Of a stretch of DNA of 64,000 bases, positions 1-13,587 are shown piece by piece. The number at the start of each line of letters is the position of its first letter. Positions within the stretch are counted from its first letter, which is position 1. The DNA is from Laetmonice hystrix. Its lineage: Eukaryota. The DNA lies in contig OZ249444.1 in assembly GCA_965235115.1 (NCBI GenBank), forward strand, positions 23,312,001-23,376,000, read 5' to 3'. A program made the translations under genes and the position numbers. The notes under the pieces are model-generated. The model had not been told where the DNA came from. It was given only the letters and a program-made list of their open reading frames with translations, and searched no databases.

Positions 1-757
1 ACGTTTCCCATCCACCCGAGAGTTGACCTTGAGAGGTACGTGGTTCTTCTAGCCATGGAACCAACTAAAGGCGATGTATTTTTTGACCAATCTCATCTGG
101 AACCAATGTGTTTCCTTTGACTGATGACGTGGGAACATAGGAGGACCTGGAGGGGAGACTTGATGAGGTTGGTTTAATTGACGGAGTAAATTGTTCGTGT
201 CTGTTTTATCGCTGCTTTGACACTGAATCTGACAACGACCAGAACGGAGTCCTCCAAGTAATTAGATGGATTAGCATCGTGCCGACTCCACGTTAAATCA
301 GCCTCTAATTACTGTCAATATCTTCGATCTTCACTAAATGTCCCTAATTACCAGTTTCAAGCCTGTCAGATATATACTTTAAATCCTTTAGGTGGCGAAA
401 GGAAAAATGCATTTATTCAGCCATATAATTGACTACCAATGGGAATATTGTTGTAGAAACTGATTGTACCAAATGACTAGCTGTTTTACAATATAATGTT
501 GTAGAGTACGCCTCAGCTAGAACAGAAAAAAACACCATTTTCCTGACCACCAAATATATATCTTAGTCTAATTGGACCATAATCTGACAATAAGGAATAG
601 TAATTCATCTTAACTAATTGTTGTGAGGCAGATTGCGTGACAATTTCTAGGCCATAGATCGTGAGAATGTAAATGACCTTTTTATAACCGAGAGAAAGCA
701 GATTGTGTAGATTCGTGTTTTGTCTTGTTCTATTATGTGTACCCTACCTGTCATTAG

Positions 758-784
758 AAACTGGTCATACTACCATATCACCAG
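758..784 (+). CDS. Possible 27-nt micro-exon of the host gene (upstream part)
   Basis: Acceptor 'accctacctgtcattag' and donor 'cag|gtaata'. Length is a multiple of 3 and it is open in phase 1 (ETGHTTISP) and phase 2 (NWSYYHITR). A donor 'gag|gtacgt' at 36 could precede it. No homology support. Confidence 0.25.
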
Positions 785-1259
785 GTAATATTACTACCCT
801 CCACTTTATACGTTAACTTCATTTGATAATGTTCTTTTAAACAAGATGAGCTCAAATCCCCCATGGTGGCTGACATTTTCTAAATCTGTAAGGCGAAAGT
901 AATGGCAGTATAAAATATGGGCCAGAAGAGAAAAAATAACACAACAATAGGCACTGTGGTGTCGTTACGTACACTGAACGCTCTATTGTTACCCAAGATC
1001 CCATTAGAAAGGTGGCTTTGTACGGTGAGACGATCAATTAACTGACTGAGGGTAAATTTTTACGGGAGTAATTTCTTGCCTTAATAGTTGTTTAGAATGA
1101 CTTGCTGATTTGCTTGAGGTCCAGATGGCTAAAGGTTGTGTCCTATAAACCTGAATTAAATCAAATCACTGACAAGCAAAGAGAATTCTCTTGCCCAGTC
1201 GTAAAGTGTTTTTGTCTCGAAAATCTTCAAAAAATAGAATTATTGACAAGAGCAAAAGA

Positions 1260-1360
1260 ACTAGATACTCTTATATACTAGATACTCTTATATACTAGAT
1301 ACTCTTATATACTAGATACTCTTATATACTAGATACTCTTATATACTAGATATTCTTATA
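1260..1360. repeat. 17-bp minisatellite (actagatactcttatat) x~6
   Basis: Direct reading of tandem units. Confidence 0.95.
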
Positions 1361-4300
1361 ATAATACCAGATAACTTGAAAGGGTTCCGGTATTCTGACT
1401 TTGGTATAAATGTAGAGAGAATTTCGTGTGAACTTCTGAATGTAGGCCCTAATAATGTCATGCGGGGAATGAACTAGTTCTGAAAGTTAGCCCCAGACTG
1501 AGGACACGATTTTATATCAGAATAATCATTGCATGTAATTCATGAAGAGACATTAACCATGTAAGTTACAGTCGACTCCATTCGCAATCACAGAGCCGGC
1601 ACACGCGAGGACAAGTGTCGCCGGAGTTTTCTAAAGGACAACTTACCGGCTGACTTGATTCCATTCTACATTACGATAATTTATGTGGGTACGTTCTCTG
1701 TTTTTGAAGGCCTTCGTGTCAGTTGAGGCTTTTGTTGATGTGTAACGAGGAAATGCACAGCTTGATGATGAAGACTTGAGCTGAGTAATGGTTGGGTGTG
1801 GGCCACCTCTGAAGTCAGCCAACTGTGCAATTTAATGAGCGCGCCAAAAGGCATGCACGTCTGCCCTGCATTTATTCCCTGCCCCACCCCAGTTCACCGC
1901 CAGCCTCCCCCACATCCCCGACTTGTTTCTGTCCCCGCGTATTCCTGTCAGACTTCGCCGCGCATAATCAGACCCCCCAGAAAAAAAGATAACCGTATCA
2001 TAGTAAGGGGAGCACAGCACGGGTATCTGCTGTCACGGCAGTGGTCAGTGAAGGAGCAGGGATACATCAATGGTGGAGTACAGGATTCAATGTGGGCAGT
2101 AATAGCACGGTGGAAGCTAGGTGAAGTGTTATCAGGGTGTGTGACCGGCAGCCGGGGTTCGATCGCTAACCAACGGACGGCCCAGAGAACGCCACTGCGG
2201 GCCCCGGCACTCGGCGCTTCCACACGGCGTGATCACGGATTGTTTAACGGGGCTGCTGCCAGGTGCCGGGCCTGCACTGATATAAACCGGCGGCATGACC
2301 AAGGTAGGTCTTTATGGATTATTCCTTGACGCCTCATCAGTAGGGGCATGGATGTTAGTAAAGGACGACGGTTGTTTTATGTGGGAGGGTTGGTGGGGGC
2401 TGGTCGGTGGAAGGTTTGACGGGTTGGAGTGGAGGGCGGCCATGTGCCCACGCTGCTGCTGACAGTGTTAGCGCTGGCTGGATGCTCTCTGGTTCCCCAG
2501 CATCAGCAATGGGTGCCAGGTGGCTGGCAAAGCGTTGATAACCCTTTGTGTTTTAATGGCCAGATTTCTTCACCTAGACCCTATAATCAATCCAAACCAT
2601 CGCTGCCATCATGATACAGGGTCTTGCCACAGATCTCCACCCAAGCTGACGCTGTCCGGACACTGTGAGGGTTTCCCCAGTGAAGATGCCGCTATTATCT
2701 ATGCAGGTACAATAATAGCGTGTAGCATGAGCCCAGACCAACCCTTTGTGTCCCAGGGACGACTCCCGTGGTGTCAAAATATTCACCGCAGCCACCAGAA
2801 ATGGTGTCACCCCTGTGGGGTGGTGGGGAGGACACCATGTCCTGAGACGGGGGATAATCCACATAGTTTATGTAATGAAGGCGGTGGCCGCCTGAAGAGG
2901 AAACCTACTGCCATGTGCCAGACCCTCATCTCCATCAGATTGAGGATGCAGGGAGGCAGGGGGAGGGAGGGCTGAGCATTGCCTTGTAAGAAGCTGCTGC
3001 AGCTGCAGCTCCTGCTGCTGCTACTATTGTCGCCGAGATCTGGGTCAATAAATGCTAGCCCCACCAGGACCAGCAGAGGTAAAGAATCGATGTCTGGATG
3101 GGTTCACGGGTTATTGACTGACCTGACATGACCTAGACGTTGGAACCATACCCAGCTGTCACCTTGTCCTTCCGCAAAGCCGCCACCGGTCAGTTAGTCG
3201 GCCCGTGAAGGACGTCATCATAGCACTGTCAGCCATCCAGCCTTCCTTATCAGGTCATCGGAACAACCATTCCTTACCGGGCTATCAGTGTGGACAGCTT
3301 CAACGTCAACCAACTCAGCCGTCATAACTGACGACTAGCCGTCAACAGTCACATGTAGCCTGCAGGATCAAAGATGGCAGTCACGCCATCCTTCATCCAA
3401 CCTTGGTCTAATTATAGCTCGGTCAGGATCTTACCACACCATTAGCTGTCAAATGATGCTGTAACCACAGAAGTCAGAGATCGTAGGGAGGGTAGTAATG
3501 TTAAATGTATAATGCACTGACCAGAGTGACCTTATCCCAGGGAGGTTGACTCACTTTCTTCCAATGACGCAATGACTAACCAATATCCACGGAGAGCTAT
3601 TTCCCCACCTCATCCTGAACTGGGACAGGGGCTCTGCAGCAATATCAGGGAACAAAAAGGATGTGATATTGCCGATCATAATTCAAGTATTATCAGTACA
3701 TGTTGTGTGTATTGTAATCAAGGAACAAATAGACAAATTTGATAAAGGAAGCTCGCTGCCATTAATCATGTGTAGGATATTTGATTGGTCATTATTAAAA
3801 CACTCCTTGTTTTATCATCAGTGAATGCCACGTTTGATCTGATCACCTGTTGACCACTGGCCCTCAATGCCGAGGATACATGTCATAGTGTGGGTGTATA
3901 AGTGATGTCAGTCAAGGTCAGATGACGGAGGGACAGGCCGTTACTGAATAATGGAGGGCAGTCAATCAGCAATCTCGGGGTTTTCCATGGGAAAAGAAAC
4001 GCATGTAAATGTGCTGGCACACATGAAGCCAAACTGAGGGATTTTTTTGAATACTCATTTTTAGGAAGCAGTGTATTTTTGCAAACGTATGCATGAAAAA
4101 TGTGATTCCTAAACAGACTGTAAGGGGTCATTTTCATGTTTTCGTCATTCATCATTGCGGTTCGTGTCCAGTTCAGGGAGGAATATTTGTGGTCGACACC
4201 AGTTGACTTGAGACAAAAGAATTGTTTTCCAAACGTTTTGCCAAATACCTCTGGGCTAGCTGAGGGGCAGTCACTCAAACCGTGACAGCTGCTTGTTGAA

Positions 4301-5305
4301 GCAGGTAAAACATTACCCACATTGTGTACCTTCACCATTGTGTGGTTACTGTGGAGACATTCCAGGCAACCACCAGATGGCGTACCCGTCGCCAGTCATC
4401 TTAATAATGTTATCTCCCAATGATGTCAATATTGCATTTGTAAGGTCTCTTATCTTTGACATCTGGTCCTGGGCTGTTAGTCATGATGTCCATCAGGGAA
4501 GATTTACTTCTGGATATCAATCATGTTAGCTACCGGTTCTTTACATCACCGGGGGAATCATCTAGGTCTATACATCTGAGAGTTAGACCCTGGGCAACAT
4601 TAGACTTACGAGGGAATGGGTACTGTAGGTTAGCTGAGAACAGCTGGAAGTCTAATGTTATAACTAGCCGTGACGGTTTAGTGCTCCCGTACACACCTCC
4701 TCACCCCAGAGAGCACTCTGAGACGCTGAATGAAGTAAATTAAGATGATATTGAGGGGAATGGGAACGCTATACGTGTCCATGTATATAGAGAATGAATG
4801 GAGATAGAAGTGAGTGGTTATGATGGTAAGTGTAACGGAAGGATTACCAGACGGCTGGTTACCTTAGCCTTCATGGCTATAGGAAGAGGAACCTGTATTT
4901 GTACCGAGATCTGGCACGTCTACAACAACGTCTTTGATAGGAAGTCATAGACAGCGTCCGTTACCTGGTATCAAGGTATATGGAGAGGATATTATTGGAT
5001 CAAACGGTGAGCCCTGTCATCCAGGGTCGATGTCGGGGGACATGGAAGTGTAGAGAGACAACCAGATGGTTCACGTCGCTCTGATGTTGGGGGTTATGGT
5101 ATACTACTAACGTGACATCAAAGTAGTGGAACTATATGTTACTGATGATGGTGCCAACGGTGTGAGGATCCAGGCCAGTGGAATCGGTGTCATGTCTCAG
5201 ATCACAGAACCACGGGATAAAGGCAGTTATAGAGGGGTGCAGGGGTTAAACTGACTAAATTGTTATCTCCGTACTGTACTCACAACTGTAGAATATCATG
5301 TCGGA

Positions 5306-5433
5306 ATTATCAGAGACTGGTGAGATTAGTGATGACAAAAATTGTCAGATTATCAGAGACTGGTGAGATTAGTGATGACAAAAATTGTCAGATTATCAGA
5401 GACTGGTAAGATTAGTGATGACAAAAATTGTCA
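5306..5433. repeat. 43-bp tandem repeat x3 (attatcagagactggtgagattagtgatgacaaaaattgtcag)
   Basis: Units start at 5306, 5349 and 5392. Each carries a donor-like gtgag/gtaag. Confidence 0.9.
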
Positions 5434-8400
5434 CAAGTAGTTCTCATTCAGAACCGAACAAAAATATTAATAGCGAATATTTTATCATTTATAAATGTCG
5501 TTCTCATCCCGTTCGAAGCTATTGGGCCATTGATATGGAGATTTCCACACGTCATTAGGATACCGTACCAATGAGCGATTATCAAACAAGTTTTCTTTTT
5601 TCTTCTGCATGGATTGTAACCTCCGACCGACCCCCCATCCATGGGTATTAATCAGTACTTGTGTAGGACAGCGAGATTTGTGTGTACCTAGATTAAAACA
5701 GAAGTGATGGTGAGATTTGGCATCCCTCTACCCTAATCGGGGTAGATGGGAATCCCAGAGGTCATAGGGTCAGGGTGTTATCGCGTCACCCCAGGGCGAC
5801 CTGGGCAGACATTGCCAGACACCTCCCCATCACAGCAGGACGGTCCTACCCATTTATCAGTGGGACCTTCACAATGGGCGGATCGTCTGGTTTGAGATCG
5901 CATAACAGAATAAATCGGGTTGTATATTGGCGAAAAAGATCGGGTGAGTTTTGCTCGACAAAATCTGTCCCCTACGGCTATGATTACAGGGGCGGTTCCA
6001 AATTGGGGTTGGAGTGAACGTGAGCGGCCAAAAAATAAAAATAGAAAAAAGGTCAATCCGGGCAAACAAGAACCCCTCCCCTACACACAGACTTTCTAAT
6101 AGCAGGTTAGAACCCCCCCCCCCCCCCTAACACCCCTACTGGAGAACCAGTGGATTATATTGTTATCAAGGTGCATGTTAGTGCTAATATGTACGATACA
6201 AAGGTTTTACTCGAGGGGAAGTCACACTATTATTCCATGGCATGCCATGTTTGTTGAATATGATCTTTGAGATGTCTCCCCAAAGAGACAAGCTTTGGTT
6301 GAGCTGATTCCCATTGCCTGTCGGCACTGCATGGCGGAAATGGACGGAGGTCATTCGCGCAGCGCTGGCGCCCTCTAGTGTGCGATGAATGCATGATGAA
6401 AGCGGAGAGATCAGATCGCCCCCCTCGGAGCGTCCTCGGCCGGCGGGCACGGCGTTCATAAATATGGAACCTTCTATTCCAGGGTCGGGATAACCCCCCA
6501 CCCCCACACCTCCCTCAGTGCCCTGCACTCTGATGTGATTTACGATCTCACAGATCTCTGGTCAAGAATGAATATTAAGTAGAACACTTGCACGACCTTC
6601 CGTGATGTTTCACGGGCACGCAAAGCCTAAATACCAGATTGACCGTGAAAATTAGAGTCAGTATAGATTACCACAGGCCCTAGGGGTCACCGTGCATGGA
6701 ATTGACAAAGCGGGCACTCTCAGACATGGGGTCGAGTGTCCCGAGACCCTGAAAGCCAGACGTATTTGCATGCTATGTGTTAGGTAGTTTTGAGATACAT
6801 GGATTAGCCTATAGAATATAGAAATATTGGTGTATAGGGCAATTTCCCCCTGATTGAGAATGGGTGGTATAACTTTGGAAAATGATGTGTGGGCGCCCAT
6901 ATCTCTGTCATACTGACCAGGTGAATACTGCATTAAATAGAGGTACACAACTGTGGTTCTGGATATACCGGTATAGTCAGTCTATATTGGTGTAGTTCGT
7001 TAGTTAGACAACAGGTGGCGGGGCAGGCGGTGGCCCAGACCCACAAGGAGACAGATGGTCCTGGCTGGCCGACCACACAATAGACCATGTGGTCAGACAG
7101 TGGCTGTAGGCTTGTTTCTCCCGTATCACCCGTACAGATTACAGGACGTGTCACAGACGCTCAGGGTTCAGAGCGGTCTTCTCATCAGAATTTAATTTAA
7201 TGTCTGATCGTAACCTTTAATCACAGGTTTCGCTCGCTAATTAAGGCGAGTGTAATTTTCTGATGTATTCACGTTTACCATTGGTTGTGTCATGATTTGG
7301 GTTAACTTTCAAAGGTGGCACATAACGTCTAGTCATATGTGACAATGTTTATTTTAAATAGGAAATAACCAAATCTTTCTATTGTATTAATAAGCACATT
7401 TGGCATAAAAGCTGCACAATGTGGTTAATGATATTTCAGCTGTTGCCAAGGGCGACAGTCTGATGTGCTATGGTAACAGGTGATTGCCTGCTGGATGTGG
7501 CTGGCCAGGTTGTTGTAATGAACACAGCCAGATGATCGGCTGACTTTGGTCACAGGTCAGTGATCACAGCTTCAAAAGGTCATGCCCTCCCTGTAATTAC
7601 TTCAGTATTGACCTATTGCACGCTATTTTAACATAGCCTTCATGGACTTTTAACGCCAAAAGTGAGAAGGGTCTGGCCTCATTTATAAAATGGGGGGGGG
7701 GGGGGGGGGGTTCATGGAGGTTGTTTTCTGTTAATTAATTTTAAAAACGAAAACTTTCCGAGTACATTTTAAGGCAATAATCCTCGACAAATCCAGAATA
7801 TGTGTATCCCCAGTTAGGGAAAACTAAACGTGATTCTAGAAGAGAAGTTGAAAATGACCGATACCGTCATGTTTCTAGAAAATCTGTCACTGTGTCATAT
7901 CAGTGAGATCTAGTCACTGACCTCAGTGGGCCAGTGCTTATAATGCATCACCATGGTAACAGTTATTGTTTACAAACATTGTTGGCAGGGTGTGTGTCTC
8001 ACGTGGTGACCAAACGTCCTGTTTCGTTTCTGAAGCTGTGTTGTGTTAACGGACTTTGACTGATGCTGTTAGAACTCATGCCTAGATTATACAGTCCTTT
8101 GTCTCATATCTCTCAACTTGGGACATATGTGTATATATTGGTATACTGCCAGGGTTACTAGAGTATACGACCCGGGGATTGTCAAAGGGTTTGACATTTC
8201 TAGTGACGATGGTGAGCATAGAATGACATCTCTGAATCCTGGCCTACTTCACGTCTCGCCGTGAGTGACTTGCCTTTTTTGGATCACTCCCTGGCAAGGA
8301 ATTTTAGAAGTACTATGCGGACTTCCTGTTCGACAATCTTCGTCCAATGAGATACCATGAAACATGGGACTCACCCGGGTATATCTAGTATAGGGAAGTT

Positions 8401-10080
8401 GGGTTTTCACACCGTTTCGGCTCCAGATATTTACTGGCAGTGTTGATCATTCTTACAGTGTTTAGAACTTCAGGCGTACTGAACATGGTAATGAGAAAGT
8501 AGGGTCAGTAACCATAGTAACGAGGTAAGGGACACCTTAGGGCAGCAGGAGCCCGCGGTCATTGTGTGCTCTATAGAAGTGAGACTGGGAGCACGAGTTG
8601 GTCATGTGCTGGGACACTCAACAGGTGACTTTCTCACCTTCAGACTGTGCACTCGAGCGAGTCGTTCTGGATCATAGGTCTCGGTCCACTGACTTCACTC
8701 AGCGTCAGCAAAGGATGTTGGGTACTATTGGAATGTCATGGTTAAACTTAAAGTCGGATGACGCAGTTTTGAGAGATCCGCTTTATCGCCTAAATTATCT
8801 GTTTTCTTATAAATAAGGATAGAGGAAGATTTCTCTGAAGCTAGATGTCAAGAGAGAACGCGACAAAATTTGTGTTTAAAACATAACAAATTAATGAAAC
8901 ACAATTTTACTGGTCCTTCTCGTATTTTTGGGATCCTCTGTCATGAATATTGTCTGCAAACTGAGCCTCTCGATAAAGAGTGTAATTTGATGTGACTTTG
9001 TTGAAGCTGACCAGTTGTGGTTGAGGTTAACCCCGTATGCCCTTGGTACTGTGTAGTATTTTACAGTATTATGACGTGAGATTGAAGGCATTCCAAAAAC
9101 TTTCCTCTTTATTCGCCATTTCTAAGTGAAGTGGTGACCCCTTGGTTGAGTGCATGCTCGCCACTAAAGGTAGATGTGAACTGAACTGACCTGGATGATC
9201 TGATATCGAATGGTATTCTTCTATACTAACAGTGCTGGATGATCTTATATCGAATGGTATTCTTCTATAATAACAGTGCTGGATGTTCTTATAGCTCAGG
9301 AAAACAGATTAGCTTTTGCGTTTTCACCATCTTAATCCTTGATTTTTGGCATTATACAACGGTTTAAATTCCAAAGGATAAGACATGGCTTTAAATTAGT
9401 CGCATAATCTTGGACGGCCATGTTATTACCGGGTAATAGGTTAAATCAGAACAAGAACCTCAGGTACTTACTGCAGATGTTATTATAGTGTTGACAGGTC
9501 ATGATAAATATGTAATCCGGCCAAACATCTACATATTAGAACTTTTCATGGTATGTGTTCTGCACCAGAAAGTAAAAGAAAAGTGTAAGTCAGTCAGTGA
9601 GGGGAAATGGAATGCATGACTTGTTTCATCAACTAGATCTGTGGCCAAATGACTAATACATTTCTTTGGAAAGAAAATCCGGAAAGATGTTTCATTCTTT
9701 TGGCCGATTAACATTGCTTTCACGGTTGTGTGGTTAAGGAATGAGTTCAAGTTAAGCTTATAGAACGCCAGGAAACCACAGAATATCTCTCACCATCAGA
9801 CAGAAAAAACAATAAAACAACGAAGAGACCAGACGTATATCTACAGTGACAGCGGGTGATCTATGGTTTTGATATATGGTTTTGAACCACTCAAACCCAA
9901 GTCGACCCACTCTGTGAACCCCTAAACCCAAGTTCAACTCCTGTGTGTTATTTTTAGGCCAGTAAACTTAAAATACTCAGTTTACAGTCCAAGGTGCGGG
10001 AACTGATGAGATCGATGTTGGTCAGGTGTGAAGGCGGGTAGAGAAAGATATCCCCACCGTGTTCCCAGAGTGTCCTCACT

Positions 10081-10407
10081 CAGACTCCCTCGGGTGTTGG
10101 GAAGGTTGTAACCCAATGTGAATAGCATTGTTCAGACTGAGGTTTGGCAGACTCCCGGGTGTTGGGAAGGTTGTAACCCAATGTGAATAGTATTGTTCAG
10201 ACTGAGGTTTGGCAGACTCCCGGGTGTTGGGAAGGTTGTAATCCAGTGTGAATAGCATTGTTCAGACTGAGGTTTGGCAGACTCCCGGGTGTTGGGAAGG
10301 TTGTAACCCAATGTGAATAGTATTGTTCAGACTGAGGTTTGGCAGACTCCCGGGTGTTGGGAAGGTTGTAACCCAGTGTGAATAGCATTGTTCAGACTGA
10401 GGTTTGG
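10081..10407. repeat. 65-bp tandem repeat x5
   Basis: Unit cagactcccgggtgttgggaaggttgtaacccaatgtgaatagcattgttcagactgaggtttgg at 10081, 10148, 10213, 10278 and 10343. Confidence 0.95.
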
Positions 10408-10563
10408 CTGGGGGGTTGTTACACATCCCTGTGTGTACACACAGGTCCCGTGAACTCAAGATAAGGGCACTGTATACACACACCTCGATCTGTGCTGTAG
10501 ACTGTAACCATCGCCCACTTGGACAGGGTTCGGCGGACCCCTCGCCCTCCCCCACGTACCTAT

Positions 10564-11668
10564 AGGTCTGTGGGTGATGGGCGTTAAACACCAACTACTT
10601 ACTCACTATAGTCATTCACTCAGGTCTGTGGGTGACTGGGCGTTAAACACCAACTACTCACTCACGAGTCATTCACTCAGGGTCTGTGGGTGACTGGGCG
10701 TTAAACACCAACTACTCACTCACGAGTCATTCACTCAGGTCTGTGGGTGACTGGGCGTTAAACACCAACTACTCACTCACTATAGTCATTCACTCAGGTC
10801 TGTGGGTGACTGGGCGTTAAACACCAACTACTCACTCACTAGTCATTCACTCAGGTCTGTGGGTGACTGGGCGTTAAACACCAACTACTCACTCACGAGT
10901 CATTCACTCAGGGTCTGTGGGTGACTGGGCGTTAAACACCAACTACTCACTCATGAGTCATTCACTCAGGTCTGTGGGTGACTGGGCGTTAAACACCAAC
11001 TACTCACTCACTAGTAATTCACTCAGGTCTGTGGGTGACTGGGCGTTAAACACCAACTACTCACTCACTATAGTCATTCACTCAGGTCTGTGGGTGACTG
11101 GGCGTTAAACACCAACTACTCACTCACTAGTCATTCACTCAGGTCTGTGGGTGACTGGGCGTTAAACACCAACTACTCACTCACGAGTCATTCACTCAGG
11201 GTCTGTGGGTGACTGGGCGTTAAACACCAACTACTCACTCATGAGTCATTCACTCAGGTCTGTGGGTGACTGGGCGTTAAACACCAACTACTCACTCACT
11301 AGTCATTCACTCAGGTCTGTGGGTGACTGGGCGTTAAACACCAACTACTCACTCACGAGTCATTCACTCAGGTCTGTGGGTGACTGGGCGTTAAACACCA
11401 ACTACTCACTCACTAGTAATTCACTCAGGTCTGTGGGTGACTGGGCGTTAAACACCAACTACTCACTCACGAGTCATTCACTCAGGTCTGTGGGTGACTG
11501 GGCGTTAAACACCAACTACTCACTCACGAGTCATTCACTCAGGTCTGTGGATGACTGGGCGTTAAACACCAACTACTCACTCATGAGTCATTCACTCAGG
11601 TCTGTGGGTGACTGGGCGTTAAACACCAACTACTCACTCACGAGTCATTCACTCAGGTCTGTGGGTGA
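10564..11668. repeat. ~57-bp tandem repeat x~19
   Basis: Unit aggtctgtgggtgactgggcgttaaacaccaactactcactcacgagtcattcactc. Variation is confined to a few positions in the (actc)n part. Confidence 0.97.
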
Positions 11669-11705
11669 TTCTCTCGTGCTAGCATTCCAACCAGTTTGTG
11701 GGTCT

Positions 11706-11867
11706 GGGTTACGGTAAGGGGCAGGGTTACGGTTAGGGGCAGGGTTACGGTTAGGGGCAGGGTTACGGTAAGGGGCAGGGTTACGGTTAGGGACAGGGTT
11801 ACGGTTAGGGACAGGGTTATGGTAAGGGGCAGGGTGACGGTTAGGGACAGGGTTATGGTAAGGGGCG
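11706..11867. repeat. 18-bp G-rich tandem repeat x9 containing TTAGGG/TAAGGG
   Basis: Unit gggttacggttaggggca with minor variants. G-run spacing is compatible with G-quadruplex formation. Confidence 0.9.
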
Positions 11868-11882
11868 GGTCTCTAGAATACT

Positions 11883-11960
11883 ACTGCCCTGAGGACGCCC
11901 ACTGCCCTGTGGACGCCCACTGCCCTGAGGACGCCCACTGCCCTGTGGACGCCCACTGCC
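11883..11960. repeat. 18-bp tandem repeat x4 (actgccctgWggacgccc)
   Basis: Direct reading; gag and gtg variants alternate. Confidence 0.9.
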
Positions 11961-12485
11961 ACCAGGGAGCCGTCTCTCCCGTGCTCACTCAGAGAGCTGA
12001 GCTGGCGTCTCTCACCTGAATGCCCCCCCCCCCCGACCCCTCACGCCGCCGAGAGTGAGTGCCGCCAAGACGCAGTGACAGTCTTCAACCAGAGACCGGT
12101 GACCGTCCACGTCCCCACTCCTACACACATGGCAGCCTCTTCAATCGGAGCGGGTTAATTACCTGGTACGCCCACAAAAACGGATATGGTTCTCTTAGGA
12201 TGTGTCACGGCACGCTCTAGGATCTGTTTAATAATACCTGGCTCGAGCTCAGAGCTGGAGTCTGTGTCCACACTGGTGTATTGGCACCAGTGGTGAGACA
12301 CCATGATGATATAACAAAGGCAGAGATGATCCTAGGATTAACGTTTACTCGGCAAATCTTCATCATTGTTTATTGTTCTGTCACCCACGGCTTTGATCAG
12401 GACTGACTATAGATATCATCAGATGGACGGCACTGCCTGAGTTTAGAGTTGTCCCACGGGTGCGATCCAACAGGGTAACAACATA

Positions 12486-12803
12486 TGTTATGTTGGGGTA
12501 GCTGTTCGGTTGAAGACTTGAAGACGCGTTGTTGGGATTCCAATATACTTTATTGTGGTGAGGATTTCCTCTCCACTCTGGACACTCTTCTCTACAATAC
12601 TGCCGATTCCCCTTGCGTCTCCTACTATATAGGCCCTTCTCTCGGGCATGCAGGTGCGCGTCTATAGGGCCATAAAGGTATAACTCTTTTGTAACCGTGG
12701 GGGCAATTACGCTAACTCATGTATATGTAATCCCTTAATGGGAGTGACCAACAATAAGGTTGTAAAACTGTATGTGTGGGCAAGGTGAAACCTGACCATA
12801 ACA
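12486..12803 (-). repeat. 3' LTR (318 bp)
   Basis: No differences from 14999-15316 found by eye. On the - strand a TATA-like element (12626-12631) precedes AATAAA (12549-12554), as expected for U3-R-U5. Confidence 0.95.
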
Positions 12804-12812
12804 TTACCCCCC
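12804..12812 (-). other. Polypurine tract of the LTR element
   Basis: The - strand reads ...cggggggtaa immediately before the 3' LTR TGTTATG. Confidence 0.75.
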
Positions 12813-13587
12813 GACACGATAAAAAGTGGCAGTCCCTTGCCACAGATAGGCCGATAAACGTGTATAAAAAGTTTTACACAACCTTGGCTTCTATAGAACT
12901 TTCACTTGGGTAAACCTGCCATAGATTTGTAAAATAATTATATGTTACACTGGATGTACATATTGCTTATCGCATTGCTCGACACATTAAATCATCAAAG
13001 TCCATGTCAACTTAAAAATACATACATAAAAGTGACAGTGTGATAACATACTAAAATATACACGAAGGACAAATATACGCACTTATACTTCACAACAATC
13101 TCGCAGGTGTATCAACGAGTTAGACAAAAGCTTTCTGGTTATCCAAAATTTGGTTCTTACACAGTTGATTAGGGACTTCCCCAAAGTTATCGCATGGCTT
13201 GTAAGTTGTCTGTAAACAACGACACTGTCACGATAACCTACTGATATGTGTATGCATCCTTTGATGCGAGTAATTACAAAAACTGTGAAAATAATATGAG
13301 ACTTACAAACCTTACTTATATGTGCAAATGCGGCTATGTGAATTAACCAAATATCCAAATGTTACAAAGCTTTAGAGGCTAGAAAAAGTATAGGGGGGAA
13401 AACCCAATATACCTAAGGTAATATGCATGAAAGCAGCAAGCAGTTAACTGATACAATGATACGCAACAATGAAATAATGTCATACTCAGTATCACTAAAG
13501 CTATATAATTTTCGCAACAGAAATATAGATTTTATACACCTCAAAAGTACCAAAATTGAGAATTCATAAAATTGACTTAATGTACTG

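Noticed and set aside
2140-2170. tRNA/B-box-like ggttcgatc
   Set aside because: No cloverleaf or A-box; no tRNA or rRNA gene could be supported anywhere in the window.
1796-2329. 177-aa ORF with a donor-like site at ~2303
   Set aside because: No recognisable motif, non-ATG start, and composition not convincingly coding.
10564-11668. CRISPR-like appearance of this and the other regular arrays
   Set aside because: Units are contiguous with no unique spacers, there are no cas genes, and the context is eukaryotic.
11706-11867. Telomere or interstitial telomeric repeat
   Set aside because: TTAGGG occurs only once per 18-bp unit in some copies; not a (TTAGGG)n tract. A similar degenerate tract at ~27950-28095 suggests an interspersed repeat.
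11205-12019. ORFs 11205-11717 and 11696-12019 with periodic peptides
   Set aside because: By-products of 57-bp and 18-bp repeats (multiples of 3); no splice or composition support.
12485-12667. Duplicated ORF MLCWGSCS... (also the end of 14896-15180)
   Set aside because: Antisense reading of the two LTRs.
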